40,273 nucleotides of DNA from Candidatus Nanohaloarchaea archaeon (GCA_046539225.1 JBKHHG010000003.1:1-40273); one strand, 5' to 3'; counted from the stretch's first letter, positions 1 to 8,847 are shown. Numbers and translations: made by a program. The notes: generated by a model not told the origin, from the letters alone.

Positions 1-42
1 CCTGGACAGGAAGGAACGGTTAACGCCAAGCTGATCGAATAA
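1..42 (+). CDS. rps8e: 30S ribosomal protein S8e, C-terminal end (partial)
   Basis: Frame 1 reads PGQEGTVNAKLIE*, matching the conserved S8e C-terminus (SRPGQDGxVNAxL); followed by a T-rich tract. Confidence 0.8.
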   Translation, partial: PGQEGTVNAKLIE

Positions 43-82
43 TTTTATTCATATCCTTTTTTCTCTAATTTCTATCTTTTTG
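43..82 (+). terminator. Oligo-T archaeal terminator region after rps8e
   Basis: Several T runs directly after the TAA stop. Confidence 0.45.
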
Positions 83-129
83 AATGAAAATAAAGAGAAA
101 AATAGTCAGGCCTGGAAAATATCAGGCTT

Positions 130-234
130 TTAGGCCCTTCTGATACGGTTCAGCCATCGGGCTACAAGGCCCTTGTCACGGACTTCGACCGGGAGCTGGT
201 TTCCGGTATCGTCCACGAATTCGGCTTTCATCAT
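130..234 (-). CDS. Putative 34-aa small protein (not in ORF track)
   Basis: Translates to MMKAEFVDDTGNQLPVEVRDKGLVARWLNRIRRA*; TTTATAAA box at 255-262 lies about 21 nt upstream (leaderless geometry). Confidence 0.5.
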   Translation of the reverse strand: MMKAEFVDDTGNQLPVEVRDKGLVARWLNRIRRA

Positions 235-254
235 CCAAGCATTGGCCCGCTAAC

Positions 255-262
255 TTTATAAA
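255..262 (-). promoter_or_regulatory. TATA box for the 130-234 transcript
   Basis: TTTATAAA at archaeal promoter spacing from the ATG at 234. Confidence 0.5.
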
Positions 263-324
263 CCCTTGATCTGTAAAGGCCTCTAATCGTTTAGAATAGT
301 TTATGAAGGTTTCTCAGGTCTTTT

Positions 325-1401
325 TCAGATATGCCGGAGGTTAAGTACGAGTACGTCTTCATCCATCAGTTCATGGTTGAGGCCTACTTTCTGCTCCGGG
401 AACTTTGATGAAGGCCCGGAAACTTTCGCCTTCTTGAACCGGTCCAGCATGTCGCCGGGAAGCTCCTCAAGCGCTTCCTCGACAGTCGTTCCCTCTTCAA
501 GGATCAATGGATCGTCTCTGTCGGGCTCTTCTCCTTTCTCCTTCATGTAGACCCGTATAAGCCCCAGTCTTTCGAAGATCAAATCCTTCAGTTCGTCGAG
601 GCCTTTTTCTTCGTCCGCAGAGATCAGCAGATCGTAATCGCTGTAATCAGATCTGTCATCTATCAAATCAGCCTTGTTTACAACAGTTATGCCTGGAATA
701 TACTTCCTGTTATCCATTAAACCATCTATAAACCGGTCAAGACCTATTTCCTCTCTTATAACGACGTTGGCGTTTGTGTAACCGTTCTGCTTCATCAGCT
801 CCCTGATAGTATCTTCTTCGATCTCTAGTTCGACGGTCGAGCTGACTTTTATGCCGCCTCTGCCTTTCTTCTCGACTTTCATGTCTGGAGGCCTCTTGTT
901 CACCCTGATTCCGACGTTGTGGACCTCCTGTTTAATCTCTTCCTCTCTCATCTCCTCAGGATCGAGCATGAACAGCACGAGATCTGCGTTCCTGACCACG
1001 CTCAAAACCTGTTTTCCGCCGCCCCTGCCGTCTGCTGCTCCGCCTATCAGGCCTGGTACGTCCAGGATCTGGATGTTGGCGCCTTTGTGCTTCAGCATTC
1101 CAGGCTCGACATCCAGCGTGGTGAACTCATAGCTCCCGGTCTCGGATTCCGCGTTTGTAAGGGAGTTAAGCAGGGAGGACTTTCCCACGCTCGGGAAGCC
1201 TACCAGTGCGACGGTCGCGTCACCTTTCTTCTCGACTGCGTAACCTGAAGTGTCTCCGGTGCCTGAGGCCTTCTTCTGCTTTTCCTCCTCAAGCTCTGCG
1301 ATCCGAGACTTCAGCCGGGCGCGCTCCTTTTCTGTGGCCTTGTTGACAGGAGTCTTCTCAAGTTTCTCCCTGACGCTCTGGATTTTATCTTCAATTCCCA
1401 T
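325..1401 (-). CDS. drg: DRG/Rbg1-family (OBG-like) GTPase with TGS domain
   Basis: GFPSVGKS, YEFTTL, DVPG and NKAD G-motifs; N-terminal TPxNKATE; C-terminal QKVGLNHEL.DED. Confidence 0.93.
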   Translation of the reverse strand: MGIEDKIQSVREKLEKTPVNKATEKERARLKSRIAELEEEKQKKASGTGDTSGYAVEKKGDATVALVGFPSVGKSSLLNSLTNAESETGSYEFTTLDVEPGMLKHKGANIQILDVPGLIGGAADGRGGGKQVLSVVRNADLVLFMLDPEEMREEEIKQEVHNVGIRVNKRPPDMKVEKKGRGGIKVSSTVELEIEEDTIRELMKQNGYTNANVVIREEIGLDRFIDGLMDNRKYIPGITVVNKADLIDDRSDYSDYDLLISADEEKGLDELKDLIFERLGLIRVYMKEKGEEPDRDDPLILEEGTTVEEALEELPGDMLDRFKKAKVSGPSSKFPEQKVGLNHELMDEDVLVLNLRHI

Positions 1402-1501
1402 ACCTGAAATTTGATCGATGAGAATTATAATATGCGGCGATAGAATCAGCTACGCAAGATAAATAGAAAGAGATATGTACTGTTCCAGCCTGTAACTGTA
1501 T

Positions 1502-1798
1502 CTACTCTACCAGTTGAATCTCTCCGTCTCTGCCGATGTTGAGCTGGATGTCGTCGGCCCATTCCCGGACGTAGGCTCCTTCAATGTGGACTTCTGCGCC
1601 CTCTTCTATTGCGTCAATTTCTTCCTCCCACAGCGTCAGGTCGATCGAGCCCGTGTCATCTTCAAATACCACGGTTACGATTCTCTTCTGTCCGTACCGG
1701 GTGGAAACTGCTCGTGGGGTCGGAAGCTCCGCGATTTTTCCTGTGATTTCGACGTCATCTGCTTCAGGTGAAAGTTCCTCAACACTCATTTCAGGCAT
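1502..1798 (-). CDS. ssb: Single OB-fold single-stranded DNA-binding protein
   Basis: DDTGSIDLTLW and GAYVREW...QLNIGRDG OB-fold signatures. Confidence 0.85.
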   Translation of the reverse strand: MPEMSVEELSPEADDVEITGKIAELPTPRAVSTRYGQKRIVTVVFEDDTGSIDLTLWEEEIDAIEEGAEVHIEGAYVREWADDIQLNIGRDGEIQLVE

Positions 1799-1881
1799 TA
1801 TACCACTGTAGAATCCTCAACCGACGACACTTAAAAGCCTATCGATCAAGCTTCTAAAAACCGAGTACAAAGGCCTTATAC

Positions 1882-2769
1882 ATGGAATTACCGTGGAAAA
1901 ACCAGGAGCTCGAAGACAGGGTTGAACAGCTTGAGGCCTCGCTGAAAGAGAAAAAACAGGAGATAGAAAAGCTGGAGCAGATGCTTGAAGCCGAGGAGGA
2001 GAGAAGATCAGAGCTCGCACGTAAGAAACAGGACGCGGAGGAAAAACTGAACAGGCTTGAGGACAGACTGGAAGGCCTTGAAGACACCAGCGAGGAAGAG
2101 GAAAGTTCAGGCCTCGAATTCAATGATATCAGCTTTCAAAAGTTCAAGAGTTCTATAGAAAAACTGGAGAGCATCGACTCCCCTGAGAGAGACATGGTCT
2201 CCATCTATTCCCCTGGAAAAGTCTCCGGGCACAGCGATTTATCGGATATAAGGAACTCTCTGCCGGAAGAAGTTTTGACGCCTATGCTGAACGAGGAGAA
2301 AATCGCAGCTTTCTACGTTGAAGAGCTTGGACTCTTCTGCTTCAGGCTCAGGCCTTTCTTCCCCCAGAAAATCCATATTAGTGAAAAGTTCGATGTTGAA
2401 GGCCTGAAAGATTTTATCGAAGAGGATAAGCACTGGGCGCTGGTTTCACGGGGGGACTCCCGGATCTTCACCGAAAAGGACGGGGAGTTCGAGGAGGTCG
2501 AGAGGATCAATGACCGGGTGAACCGTCAGCACGGTAAAGGAGGTTTTTCGCAGGGAAGATTTGAGAGGAAGCGGGATGAACAGGTGGAGCAGCACCTGCA
2601 GAAGCTTGGGGAAAAGCTTGAAGGCCTTGAAAACCTTTACATTCTGGGCGATAAAGCGCTTTCCAAGGAGCTTCCCGGTACTTATCTCGGAGGCTTCGAT
2701 CCGAACAGTTCCCCGCTGCAAAACTTTTACAGGCCTCGCAGCTTAAAAAAATCTGGTTTGACTGGGTAA
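1882..2769 (+). CDS. Archaeal Vms1/ANKZF1-like (VLRF1) release-factor family protein with N-terminal coiled coil
   Basis: HGKGGFSQGRFERKR catalytic loop typical of archaeal VLRF1. Confidence 0.82.
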   Translation: MELPWKNQELEDRVEQLEASLKEKKQEIEKLEQMLEAEEERRSELARKKQDAEEKLNRLEDRLEGLEDTSEEEESSGLEFNDISFQKFKSSIEKLESIDSPERDMVSIYSPGKVSGHSDLSDIRNSLPEEVLTPMLNEEKIAAFYVEELGLFCFRLRPFFPQKIHISEKFDVEGLKDFIEEDKHWALVSRGDSRIFTEKDGEFEEVERINDRVNRQHGKGGFSQGRFERKRDEQVEQHLQKLGEKLEGLENLYILGDKALSKELPGTYLGGFDPNSSPLQNFYRPRSLKKSGLTG

Positions 2770-2772
2770 GTT

Positions 2773-3453
2773 ATGACCGAGGAAAAGATCCGGGAGATCA
2801 ATCAAAAGCTGAAGGATTACTACGGCGAACCTGAGAAGCCGAGCGATCAGTCGGGAATCGATTATCTTGTGGAGACGATTCTCTCACAGAACACCAACGA
2901 CATCAACAGGGACAAGGCCTTCTCCCGGTTGAAGAAGAAGTATGGAGATGACTGGAGGAAAGTCGAGGAAGCGGACCTTGAAGAGTTAACCGATACTATC
3001 AGGGTGGCAGGTCTGGGCCCGACAAAGGCCGAGAGGATCCAGGAGGCTTTGAGAATCATCCGGGAGTACTCCAATGAGACCTCAAAACAGGGAGAGTACT
3101 CGATCAGGTTCATCGATGACATGAGTATTGAGGAGGGAAAGAACTGGTTGACGGATATACCGGGTATAGGCCCTAAAACCGCGGCCATCATACTGTGTTT
3201 CCATTTTGGAAAGCCGGTGATCCCTGTTGATACTCATGTCCACCGTGTCTCGAAACGGCTGGGCCTGGTTCCTGAAGAGGCCTCGAGAACAAGGACTCAC
3301 GAAGTTCTGGAGGAAAAGGTGCCTGACGAGTTAAAGTACGAGTTTCACCGTTTGCTGATCCAGCACGGTAGAGAGATCTGCACCGCCAGAAATCCTTCAT
3401 GCTGTGAAGGGCCTTTAGCGGATTTATGTAAGATGTGTGAAGAAAAAGGGTAG
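2773..3453 (+). CDS. nth: Endonuclease III (HhH-GPD DNA glycosylase)
   Basis: ILSQNT, IPGIGPKTA HhH, VDTHVHRV and a C-terminal Cys cluster. Confidence 0.92.
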   Translation: MTEEKIREINQKLKDYYGEPEKPSDQSGIDYLVETILSQNTNDINRDKAFSRLKKKYGDDWRKVEEADLEELTDTIRVAGLGPTKAERIQEALRIIREYSNETSKQGEYSIRFIDDMSIEEGKNWLTDIPGIGPKTAAIILCFHFGKPVIPVDTHVHRVSKRLGLVPEEASRTRTHEVLEEKVPDELKYEFHRLLIQHGREICTARNPSCCEGPLADLCKMCEEKG

Positions 3454-3465
3454 ATATGTAGGCCT

Positions 3466-3690
3466 TTACTCGAGCTCGTCGTCAAGGTCTTCCAGGCCTT
3501 CTGCAGCCTCTGCCTGTTGCTGCTGCATCTCTTCTACGATGTCCTGAGCTGTCTCGTTGATATCTTCCTGATCGACGATTCCTTCCTCCTGAAGAACGCT
3601 CATAAGCGCCTGTACTGTTAGTTCGAGATTACCTAGCTTCTGCTGCATGATCTGCATGAACTGCTGCTGATCCATACCTTCTTGTGGCAT
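3466..3690 (-). CDS. Small acidic Gln-rich hypothetical protein
   Basis: 74 aa, genome-typical acidic composition, GGTGA SD-like motif upstream. Confidence 0.7.
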   Translation of the reverse strand: MPQEGMDQQQFMQIMQQKLGNLELTVQALMSVLQEEGIVDQEDINETAQDIVEEMQQQQAEAAEGLEDLDDELE

Positions 3691-3745
3691 AAAGTTTGAT
3701 TCACCTAAAAGACTCCTTACCTCATGACTCTTATAAAACAGGGAT

Positions 3746-4141
3746 TCAAACCGGGTTTCTTGCGCCGCAGGCCTGGCATTTCAGCATTTCGACGCCTTTC
3801 TCCTTCACAAGCTTGGTATCAGGCCTCCCGCATTCCGGGCAGAATACGTAGTCGTCAGCGTAGGCCTCTACACGGGCCCGGATCTTTCCACGCCTGAACT
3901 CTCCGTTGAGAAAGAGTTCATCACCCTCTATATGTCCAGCAGTCCCTAACTCATTTTGAATATACTTTGAGAGATGTTTCTCGTCCCTGTTGAACTTCTC
4001 CACGAACTCCTTGAAGTTTTCAAGCACAGTGTTCGACCCGTCTTTCCGGGTCTCAACGCCCGGCATCTCGAAACGGCTCTCGTTTTCAAGGTCTTCCGGG
4101 ACTTCTTCCTGTCCTTTCTCAAGCATATCTTCGTAATCCAT
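3746..4141 (-). CDS. eif2b: Translation initiation factor aIF-2 beta subunit
   Basis: ELGTAG, CPECGRPDTKL and CQACGA zinc ribbon. Confidence 0.95.
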   Translation of the reverse strand: MDYEDMLEKGQEEVPEDLENESRFEMPGVETRKDGSNTVLENFKEFVEKFNRDEKHLSKYIQNELGTAGHIEGDELFLNGEFRRGKIRARVEAYADDYVFCPECGRPDTKLVKEKGVEMLKCQACGARNPV

Positions 4142-4156
4142 AGTTTGTTCAGGCCT

Positions 4157-4903
4157 CTAAAGCTTCTTAATCTTGCCTGGTTTGGGTTCGTAGCAGGTTC
4201 CTTCAGAGAGCAGCGAGTTAACCGTGTCCTCTAAAAGGTCTTCAGGTTCGTCTATCTCTTCAAGTATATCCGAGTAGTCAGCTCCTTCCCCATCATCCAG
4301 GTCCTGGACTGCGTCAAGCACTTCTCTCTCAATGTTTTCCATGTCTTCCTCTGACTCTGCCGAGGAAAAGTTCGCGTTGAAGCTTTGAAGCAGTGCGTCG
4401 ACCTCGTTCTCGTTGAGTTGGCCGGCCATCTCCTTCTCTATCTCGTCGCTGGACTTGCCTGACTCCTTCAGCTGTTTGACGGTCCCTCTTACCTGGTCCC
4501 ATTCCTCTTTTCTCTTCGCAAGCCTTAACTGATGCAACATCTCTTTCTCGGGCTCAACCTGTTTAAGCACTTCTCCATCAAGATAGATCTGGCCCTGGTA
4601 CTCCCTGACCTTTCCAACGACTTCAATCACCTGGCCTATCTCGAAGTCCTCCATGATCTCCAGCTCGGAGAAAAACTTGATCTGTGTGGTATCGTTTCCA
4701 TCGTCCAGGGTCAGCGAACCATAGGTCTCATCATCGTTCACAAACCTGTCGACTACGGTGCCTACAGCCCTTGCACGTGAAATCCGTCTGCCGCTTGGAA
4801 GCAGTAGAAAGTTGGGCTCAAAGCCTTCTCTCTGAAAGTATTTACCGGAGTTAAGCTGTTGAAAGTCCACAAGTTTGGCGGTCTGCCTTTTCTGCTGGGC
4901 CAT
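4157..4903 (-). CDS. RPA32-like OB-fold plus winged-helix protein
   Basis: OB-fold (LTLDDG...VEVVGKVREY) and C-terminal wHTH ending LLSEGTCYEPKPG. Confidence 0.75.
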   Translation of the reverse strand: MAQQKRQTAKLVDFQQLNSGKYFQREGFEPNFLLLPSGRRISRARAVGTVVDRFVNDDETYGSLTLDDGNDTTQIKFFSELEIMEDFEIGQVIEVVGKVREYQGQIYLDGEVLKQVEPEKEMLHQLRLAKRKEEWDQVRGTVKQLKESGKSSDEIEKEMAGQLNENEVDALLQSFNANFSSAESEEDMENIEREVLDAVQDLDDGEGADYSDILEEIDEPEDLLEDTVNSLLSEGTCYEPKPGKIKKL

Positions 4904-4951
4904 ATCAAAAACCCCGAAGTTGACTCTTAAGAATGTAACCTCACAGAGACA

Positions 4952-6934
4952 TCAGATCTTCTGGATAAAGCCCTGCTTTGGCTCGAAGAGCTCGCCCTCA
5001 CGCTTCAACTTGTCGATAACCTCCTCGGTCTTCTCAGGATCGATCCCCTCATCCGAGGCCTCCTCTATAACCTGCTCGATCTCAGCCGAACCATCATCAT
5101 CCGCAAGCCCATCGATCAAATGCTTGATTGTCTGAATCCTGTTTCTCTGACTCGAGGAAACACCTGACTCGATCCTATCGATATCGAAGTCCCCGGTCTC
5201 GGGATCCATTCCTACCTGCTCCAAAGTATACTTCAGGATATCGATCGCACGCTGGGCATCATCCTCCTCGACCTCTTCCTTCAGCTGGGCGCGTGCAGAG
5301 GCCTCAGCTATCCTCACCATAGCCTCAAGCTGACGCGCAGTAATCGGAACAGAATCCTCATCTCCAGAAGATCTCATGGAGACGTAAAACTCCTGTATGA
5401 GTTCTGAGGCCTCAGAAGTCAGCTCAGGCCTAACGTTTTTCTTGGCGTACGCAACGTACCTTCTCAGCTGCTCCTGCGAGATCTCCGCGTCCTGATCCTC
5501 GGGGTCACGGTGGTTTGCCAGGATCTGGTTGGCCAGCTTGTTATCACGGTCCTCATCCGGCTCATCCTTGACAGGGAAGATAAAGTCGAATCTGGAAAGC
5601 AGCGTATCCCCGATATTAATCTGCTCCGGTATCGGCTCGTAGGGATCGAAACGCCCCAGTTTTGGGTTACCTGCCGCAAGGATCGAGGTCTGTGCGTTAA
5701 GAGTTGCCTGGATATTCGCCTTCGAAACGGAGATCTGCTGCTGCTCCATCGCCTCGTGTAAGGAGGAGCGGTCCTCCTGACTCATCTTGTCGATCTCGTC
5801 GATAGCCGCCATTCCTTTATGCGCTAACACGACCGCTCCAGCCTCCAAACTGAATTCTCCGGTGGATTCTTCTTTGACAACTGACGCAGTCAAACCTGCT
5901 CCTGTCGATGATTTTCCGACCACGTACCGGCCTTTAGGCGCGAGCTCGCCGGCAAACTTCAATAGCTGGGATTTACCTGTGCCGGGTTCACCGATTAAAA
6001 GTATGTGAAGGTCTCCCCTCGACTTTACGCCGTCTTCACGCGTCTTCCTGACCCCGCCAAATAACTGGAGGGCGATAGCCTCTTTAATCCTGTCGTGGCC
6101 GAAGATACTGGGCGCGATCGACTCAATAATTCTCTCAAATATGTTTTCGTCAGAGGCCATCTCCTTGATCTCCTCGATTTCTTCGTCATCAAGCTCCAGC
6201 TGCTCAAACTCCTGCTGCCTGGGCTCGACGTTGTTCGCCTCCATGTAGATATCGAACTTCTTCGAGTTCTTCTTGATAGGCCTCTCCCGGACTATACCCG
6301 TTACTTCGACGACGTTCCCCGGAACCACTTTCTTCTGGAACTCCGGATCCACGAGATCGCCTTCAAGCCTTACCGATAGAGACGAAGGCTGCTCCGAACC
6401 TTCACGCGATTCAGGGTTCTCCTCCAGCGTCACGATCTGCGTATCAGTCATCTTCTTCTCGATAGGCTCAAACCTTTTGGACCCGCAGTCGCACTTGTAC
6501 GGGCTTTTCAGCTGGGAGGACTCCTGCTCCTTCTCATAACGGTCGCCGCACTGGGTGCACTCGAATATCGCCGACATGACCTCCGGCTTCACCTGTGATG
6601 CCCTCTTGATCATTCCCTCCACCGGTACAAAAGTAGTGATATGCTCGGATCTAAGGTTCTTCAAAAGTATCTGGTCATCCTCCGGCATGTTCCGGACCCT
6701 GACATTCAGCTCCTGCTTCAGAAGATCGACCGCCACCACGCCTTCGCTCGCCGCATCCAAGGCCTTTTCAGGCTCTTCTTTCAGAAAATCCGTCAACTCA
6801 GGGTTAAACATATCCAGGTCTTCAAACTCAACCACCACAGACTCCTTACCCTTCTTATCGGCGTCAAGAACCTCCTCTTCATACCTCTCAGTGAAAAACT
6901 CCTCGAACTCTGTCACCGCCTCCCCGTAATCCAT
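4952..6934 (-). CDS. mcm: MCM replicative helicase (no intein)
   Basis: C4 zinc finger, GEPGTGKSQLL Walker A, IDEIDKM Walker B, SRFD arginine finger, C-terminal wHTH. Confidence 0.97.
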   Translation of the reverse strand: MDYGEAVTEFEEFFTERYEEEVLDADKKGKESVVVEFEDLDMFNPELTDFLKEEPEKALDAASEGVVAVDLLKQELNVRVRNMPEDDQILLKNLRSEHITTFVPVEGMIKRASQVKPEVMSAIFECTQCGDRYEKEQESSQLKSPYKCDCGSKRFEPIEKKMTDTQIVTLEENPESREGSEQPSSLSVRLEGDLVDPEFQKKVVPGNVVEVTGIVRERPIKKNSKKFDIYMEANNVEPRQQEFEQLELDDEEIEEIKEMASDENIFERIIESIAPSIFGHDRIKEAIALQLFGGVRKTREDGVKSRGDLHILLIGEPGTGKSQLLKFAGELAPKGRYVVGKSSTGAGLTASVVKEESTGEFSLEAGAVVLAHKGMAAIDEIDKMSQEDRSSLHEAMEQQQISVSKANIQATLNAQTSILAAGNPKLGRFDPYEPIPEQINIGDTLLSRFDFIFPVKDEPDEDRDNKLANQILANHRDPEDQDAEISQEQLRRYVAYAKKNVRPELTSEASELIQEFYVSMRSSGDEDSVPITARQLEAMVRIAEASARAQLKEEVEEDDAQRAIDILKYTLEQVGMDPETGDFDIDRIESGVSSSQRNRIQTIKHLIDGLADDDGSAEIEQVIEEASDEGIDPEKTEEVIDKLKREGELFEPKQGFIQKI

Positions 6935-6985
6935 ACACAGTAATTAGTAGGAAAATAACAAAAAACAATCCAACACAATTAACAT

Positions 6986-7285
6986 ATGACAGAAAAACTC
7001 GGCCCGGAAAAGATCGACGAAAAAATGGAAGGCCTCGAAATCTGGGGAGTCCAGGACGAAAAACTTGTTACACGTATCGAATTCGAGGACTACAGAGAGG
7101 CCTGCTTTTTCGCCAACACGGTCTTCTCTCTATCGGAGAAAGAGTTCCATCATCCCGAGGTAAAGGTGGAGTACGGAGCGGTAGAGATCGACCTCTGGTC
7201 TCACGACGTTGAAGGCCTGACCCAGAAAGACTTTGAACTTACCGAAAAGATCGAAGAAGCCGCCAAAGACATTGACTGGAGATAA
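6986..7285 (+). CDS. Pterin-4-alpha-carbinolamine dehydratase family protein
   Basis: HHP motif and W.HD..GLT..DF. Confidence 0.88.
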   Translation: MTEKLGPEKIDEKMEGLEIWGVQDEKLVTRIEFEDYREACFFANTVFSLSEKEFHHPEVKVEYGAVEIDLWSHDVEGLTQKDFELTEKIEEAAKDIDWR

Positions 7286-7289
7286 AAAA

Positions 7290-7748
7290 ATGAGAGTCCC
7301 TGAAGAAGCAGATAGAGACTTTGTAGCCGGGGCTTTCATCATCAAAGACCGCAAGATCCTTTTCCTGAAACACAAGAAGTACGGTGTCTGGCTACAGCCC
7401 GGCGGCCATATCGAAGAAAGGGAGACTCCTGATGAAGCCGCTAAACGCGAAACACGTGAAGAGACAGGCCTTGAAGTGGAGATACTGGACGATTTCAGGC
7501 CTGAAACTTCTTTCCAAAACAAGAGCGAGGACCTGCCCCAGCCATTCAACATTAACCTGCATAGAATCGAGGAAGGACACTGGCACCTTGACTTTCAGTA
7601 CCTGGCGAGGCCTGTAGATGAGACCAGCGAGAAAGAATACTCCGACAAAGATATGAAATGGTTCTCCAAGAAAGAGTTAGAAGATGAAGACCTGAATATA
7701 CCGGAAAACGCCAGAAAAACTGCTTTGAAGGCCTTGAAAGAGAATTAG
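7290..7748 (+). CDS. Nudix hydrolase A (start moved to ATG 7290)
   Basis: WLQPGGHIE...EAAKRETREETGL Nudix box; H.H.DF.Y motif. Confidence 0.9.
   Translation: MRVPEEADRDFVAGAFIIKDRKILFLKHKKYGVWLQPGGHIEERETPDEAAKRETREETGLEVEILDDFRPETSFQNKSEDLPQPFNINLHRIEEGHWHLDFQYLARPVDETSEKEYSDKDMKWFSKKELEDEDLNIPENARKTALKALKEN
7449..7477 (+). repeat. 29-bp exact inverted repeat, copy 1
   Basis: GAAACACGTGAAGAGACAGGCCTTGAAGT; its reverse complement is at 8001-8029. Confidence 0.9.
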
Positions 7749-8197
7749 AAATCCAGTTCCCTTATATTTGCTTTTTGCGATCCGTATCTTTCAAAATCGT
7801 CGATTACTTTCACCAGGTCAAATCTAAGCTCCAGGTTCTTCAACTCTTCTCTTGAGAAGTACTTCGCATCTATGATCTCTCCTTCTTCTACCTCTCCGAG
7901 TTCTCCGCCGATTTCAGAGGCCTCAAAGAATATGTTTACATTCTTTTTATCGGTTCTCTCGGCCTCTCTGACATAGATGCCGATCAGGCCTTCTACCTCT
8001 ACTTCAAGGCCTGTCTCTTCACGTGTTTCTCTTACAGCGGCTTCTCGAATGGTTTCCTCATGGTCTTCCTCGGCCTTGCTAAATCCTCCTGAAGGCAGGT
8101 TCCATTTACCTTTGACGTGTTCTTTGGCTTCCTGTATAAGAAGGTATTCTCCTTCAGAGTTCGTTAAAAGACATCCTGCACCGAGGTTTACTGACAT
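7745..8197 (-). CDS. Nudix hydrolase B (start moved to ATG 8197)
   Basis: WNLPSGG...EAAVRETREETGL Nudix box; the longer ORF start overlaps tbp. Confidence 0.88.
   Translation of the reverse strand: MSVNLGAGCLLTNSEGEYLLIQEAKEHVKGKWNLPSGGFSKAEEDHEETIREAAVRETREETGLEVEVEGLIGIYVREAERTDKKNVNIFFEASEIGGELGEVEEGEIIDAKYFSREELKNLELRFDLVKVIDDFERYGSQKANIRELDF
8001..8029 (-). repeat. 29-bp exact inverted repeat, copy 2
   Basis: ACTTCAAGGCCTGTCTCTTCACGTGTTTC is the reverse complement of 7449-7477. Confidence 0.9.
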
Positions 8198-8225
8198 AAA
8201 TAAAGAGAAAAAACTTGGAGGCCTT

Positions 8226-8774
8226 TTACAGCGCTCCGATTTCCTTGAGGTTCTCTTCAAGCGTTGCGATCCCTTCTTTCACGTCCTCGTAGGTTCTGCC
8301 TCCTGTGCAGACCAGGTTGCCTGAGGAGAACAGCAGGAAGACTACCTGTGGTTCATCAAGTCTATAGACAAGGCCTGGGAACTGCTCCGGCTCGTACTCT
8401 GTACCGACCAGTTCAAATGCTATCCTGTTGAGGTTGAGCGTTCCTTCTAACTGGCTTGATGCCACGATGTTCTGGACTGTTACATCAGGCTTGGTGTCGA
8501 TCTCTACGTCGGCTTCCCTGAGTTCGTCGATGATCTTGTGGGTCGCTTCCTTCGCCTGTTCAGGAGATTTCGTCCCTGTACACACTACTTTCCCTGAACC
8601 GAACAGCAGAGCTGCGGCCTTCGGGTTTTCAAGCCGGTAGACAAGGCCTGGGAACTGCTCCGGCTCGTACTCTGTGTTTTCGAGGTAGATCGCGATTCTG
8701 TCAAGCGGCAGCCTCTGGTTAAAAGTCGCGGAGGCCACCACGTTCTGTATCTCAATGTCGTCGTCTTTTACCAT
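8226..8774 (-). CDS. tbp: TATA-box binding protein
   Basis: Two repeats of QN(V/I)VAS...YEPEQFPGLVYR...LLF.SG..VCTG. Confidence 0.98.
   Translation of the reverse strand: MVKDDDIEIQNVVASATFNQRLPLDRIAIYLENTEYEPEQFPGLVYRLENPKAAALLFGSGKVVCTGTKSPEQAKEATHKIIDELREADVEIDTKPDVTVQNIVASSQLEGTLNLNRIAFELVGTEYEPEQFPGLVYRLDEPQVVFLLFSSGNLVCTGGRTYEDVKEGIATLEENLKEIGAL
8365..8675. repeat. 38-bp exact direct repeat inside tbp (8365-8402 and 8638-8675)
   Basis: TAGACAAGGCCTGGGAACTGCTCCGGCTCGTACTCTGT occurs twice. Confidence 0.9.
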
Positions 8775-8802
8775 AATATAGCACCTTAAAATATTTCGGC
8801 GG

Positions 8803-8847
8803 TTTAAAAACCCCTTTAAATATGCTTTTTAAATGAACTCTTTTAAA
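8803..8847. promoter_or_regulatory. Array of four TTTAAA boxes upstream of tbp
   Basis: TTTAAA at 8803, 8815, 8828 and 8842 in a divergent intergenic region. Confidence 0.5.

Noticed and set aside
120..260. SRP RNA, 5S rRNA or tRNA next to rps8e
   Set aside because: No SRP helix 8 motif, no 5S consensus loops and no cloverleaf or T-loop found; too short for archaeal 7S RNA.
4952..6985. Intein in MCM or adjacent replication origin
   Set aside because: MCM has normal length with contiguous motifs; the upstream gap is about 50 bp, with no ORB-like repeats and no cdc6 gene.
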